Shown in pieces: positions 33,004-33,935 of a stretch of 33,935 nucleotides of DNA. Numbering within the stretch: the stretch's first letter is position 1; the number at the start of each line of letters is the position of its first letter. Below the pieces are notes generated by a model that worked only from the letters and a program-made list of their open reading frames with translations, was not told the origin of the DNA and made no database searches. The translations under genes were made by a program, and so were the position numbers. Origin of the DNA: a virus (Duplodnaviria > Caudoviricetes); IMG/VR virus record IMGVR_UViG_3300010370_000122, positions 1 through 33,935 of that record; one strand, 5' to 3'.

Positions 33004-33935
33004 GTGAGCCAGTACACCGGAGACGCATCCTCGTACCCCAACGCGCCCACGCGGGATCGGCTGTTCACCCGCTGGGGCCAGCTCAAGAGCGAGCGCGCCT
33101 CCTGGTACGCACACTGGCAGGAACTCACGTCGTACATCCTGCCGCGTAACGGCCGCTACTTCGTGCAGGACCGCAACCGCGGCTACCGCCGGCACAACAA
33201 CATCTACGACAACACCGGGACGCGGGCGCTCCGCACGCTTGGCGCCGGCATGATGTCGGGAGCCACGAGCCCCGCACGCCAGTGGTTCCGGCTCGCCACG
33301 CCGGACCCCGAGTTGAACTCGTTCTCGCCCGTGAAGCTGTGGCTTGATGACGTGACCAAGCGCATGCAGCGCGTGTTCCAGAAGTCGAACACTTACCGCA
33401 GCCTGCACCAGATGTACGAGGAACTCGGGTGCTTCGGCACCGCGTCCTCGATCATGCTCCCGGACTTCCAGGACGTGATCCACCACTACCCGCTGACGTG
33501 CGGCGAGTACTGCATCTCGACCGACGCCAAGGGGCGCGTCTGCACGCTGTACCGCGAGTTCGACATGACCGTCTCGCAGATGGTCAAGGAGTTCGGGCTC
33601 GAGAACTGCTCCGTGAGCGTGCAGAACATGTACCGCACGGGCAGCCTCGACCAGTGGGTGCCGATCATCCACGCCATCGAGCCGAGGGCCGACCGCGACA
33701 TCGGCAAGCGCGACAGCAAGAACATGCCGTTCGGGTCGTGGTACTTCGAGGTCGGCGGCGAGGACGGGCAGTTCCTGCGCGAGAGCGGGTTCATGCAGTT
33801 CCCGGCGCTCTGCCCGCGCTGGTCCGTGGTCGGCGGCGACATCTACGGGAACAGCCCCGGCATGGAGGCGCTCGGCGACATCAAGCAGCTCCAGCACGAG
33901 CAGCTCCGCAAGGCGCAGGCCATCGACTACCAGAC
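33004..33935 (+). CDS. Portal (head-to-tail connector), 3'-truncated; absent from ORF track
   Basis: GGAGG RBS, GTG33004. LKSERASWYAHWQEL...IYDNTGTRALRTLGAGMMSGATSPARQWFRL...YGNSPGMEALGDIKQLQ. Open to the window end. Confidence 0.92.
   Translation, partial: MSQYTGDASSYPNAPTRDRLFTRWGQLKSERASWYAHWQELTSYILPRNGRYFVQDRNRGYRRHNNIYDNTGTRALRTLGAGMMSGATSPARQWFRLATPDPELNSFSPVKLWLDDVTKRMQRVFQKSNTYRSLHQMYEELGCFGTASSIMLPDFQDVIHHYPLTCGEYCISTDAKGRVCTLYREFDMTVSQMVKEFGLENCSVSVQNMYRTGSLDQWVPIIHAIEPRADRDIGKRDSKNMPFGSWYFEVGGEDGQFLRESGFMQFPALCPRWSVVGGDIYGNSPGMEALGDIKQLQHEQLRKAQAIDYQ

Noticed and set aside
32935-33897. 320-aa minus-strand ORF
   Set aside because: Antisense shadow of the portal gene, which the ORF track missed because it has no stop in the window.

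Overview
GC-rich tailed-phage genome segment, read from motifs and synteny only with no database searches. The morphogenesis layout is podovirus-type (BPP-1/T7-like). The window starts in tail tubular protein B, then has two internal virion proteins, a ~3170-aa polyvalent ejection protein, a beta-helix tailspike, a fibre/spike and small membrane genes. A leftward early operon follows (Gp157, Bet, RusA, small paralogues, CsrA-like protein, C5 methyltransferase, wHTH). Next come a metallophosphoesterase cluster, a PAPS-reductase-like gene, a lambdoid O/P-like replication pair with an internal origin, then TerS, TerL, GNAT and a truncated portal. No integrase, DNA/RNA polymerase, endolysin, tRNA or CRISPR array was recognised. 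Best leads: (1) in-frame effector cassettes inside the giant protein, each bounded by the same GAGCAGGC (EQA) hinge; (2) a candidate ~155-nt structured ncRNA at 26517-26670; (3) a regulatory system with an ATAC-N6-GTAT operator at four promoters, a conserved 5' leader hairpin on two early transcripts, several leaderless genes and a C4-like switch leader; (4) a nested alternative-frame gene inside the methyltransferase.
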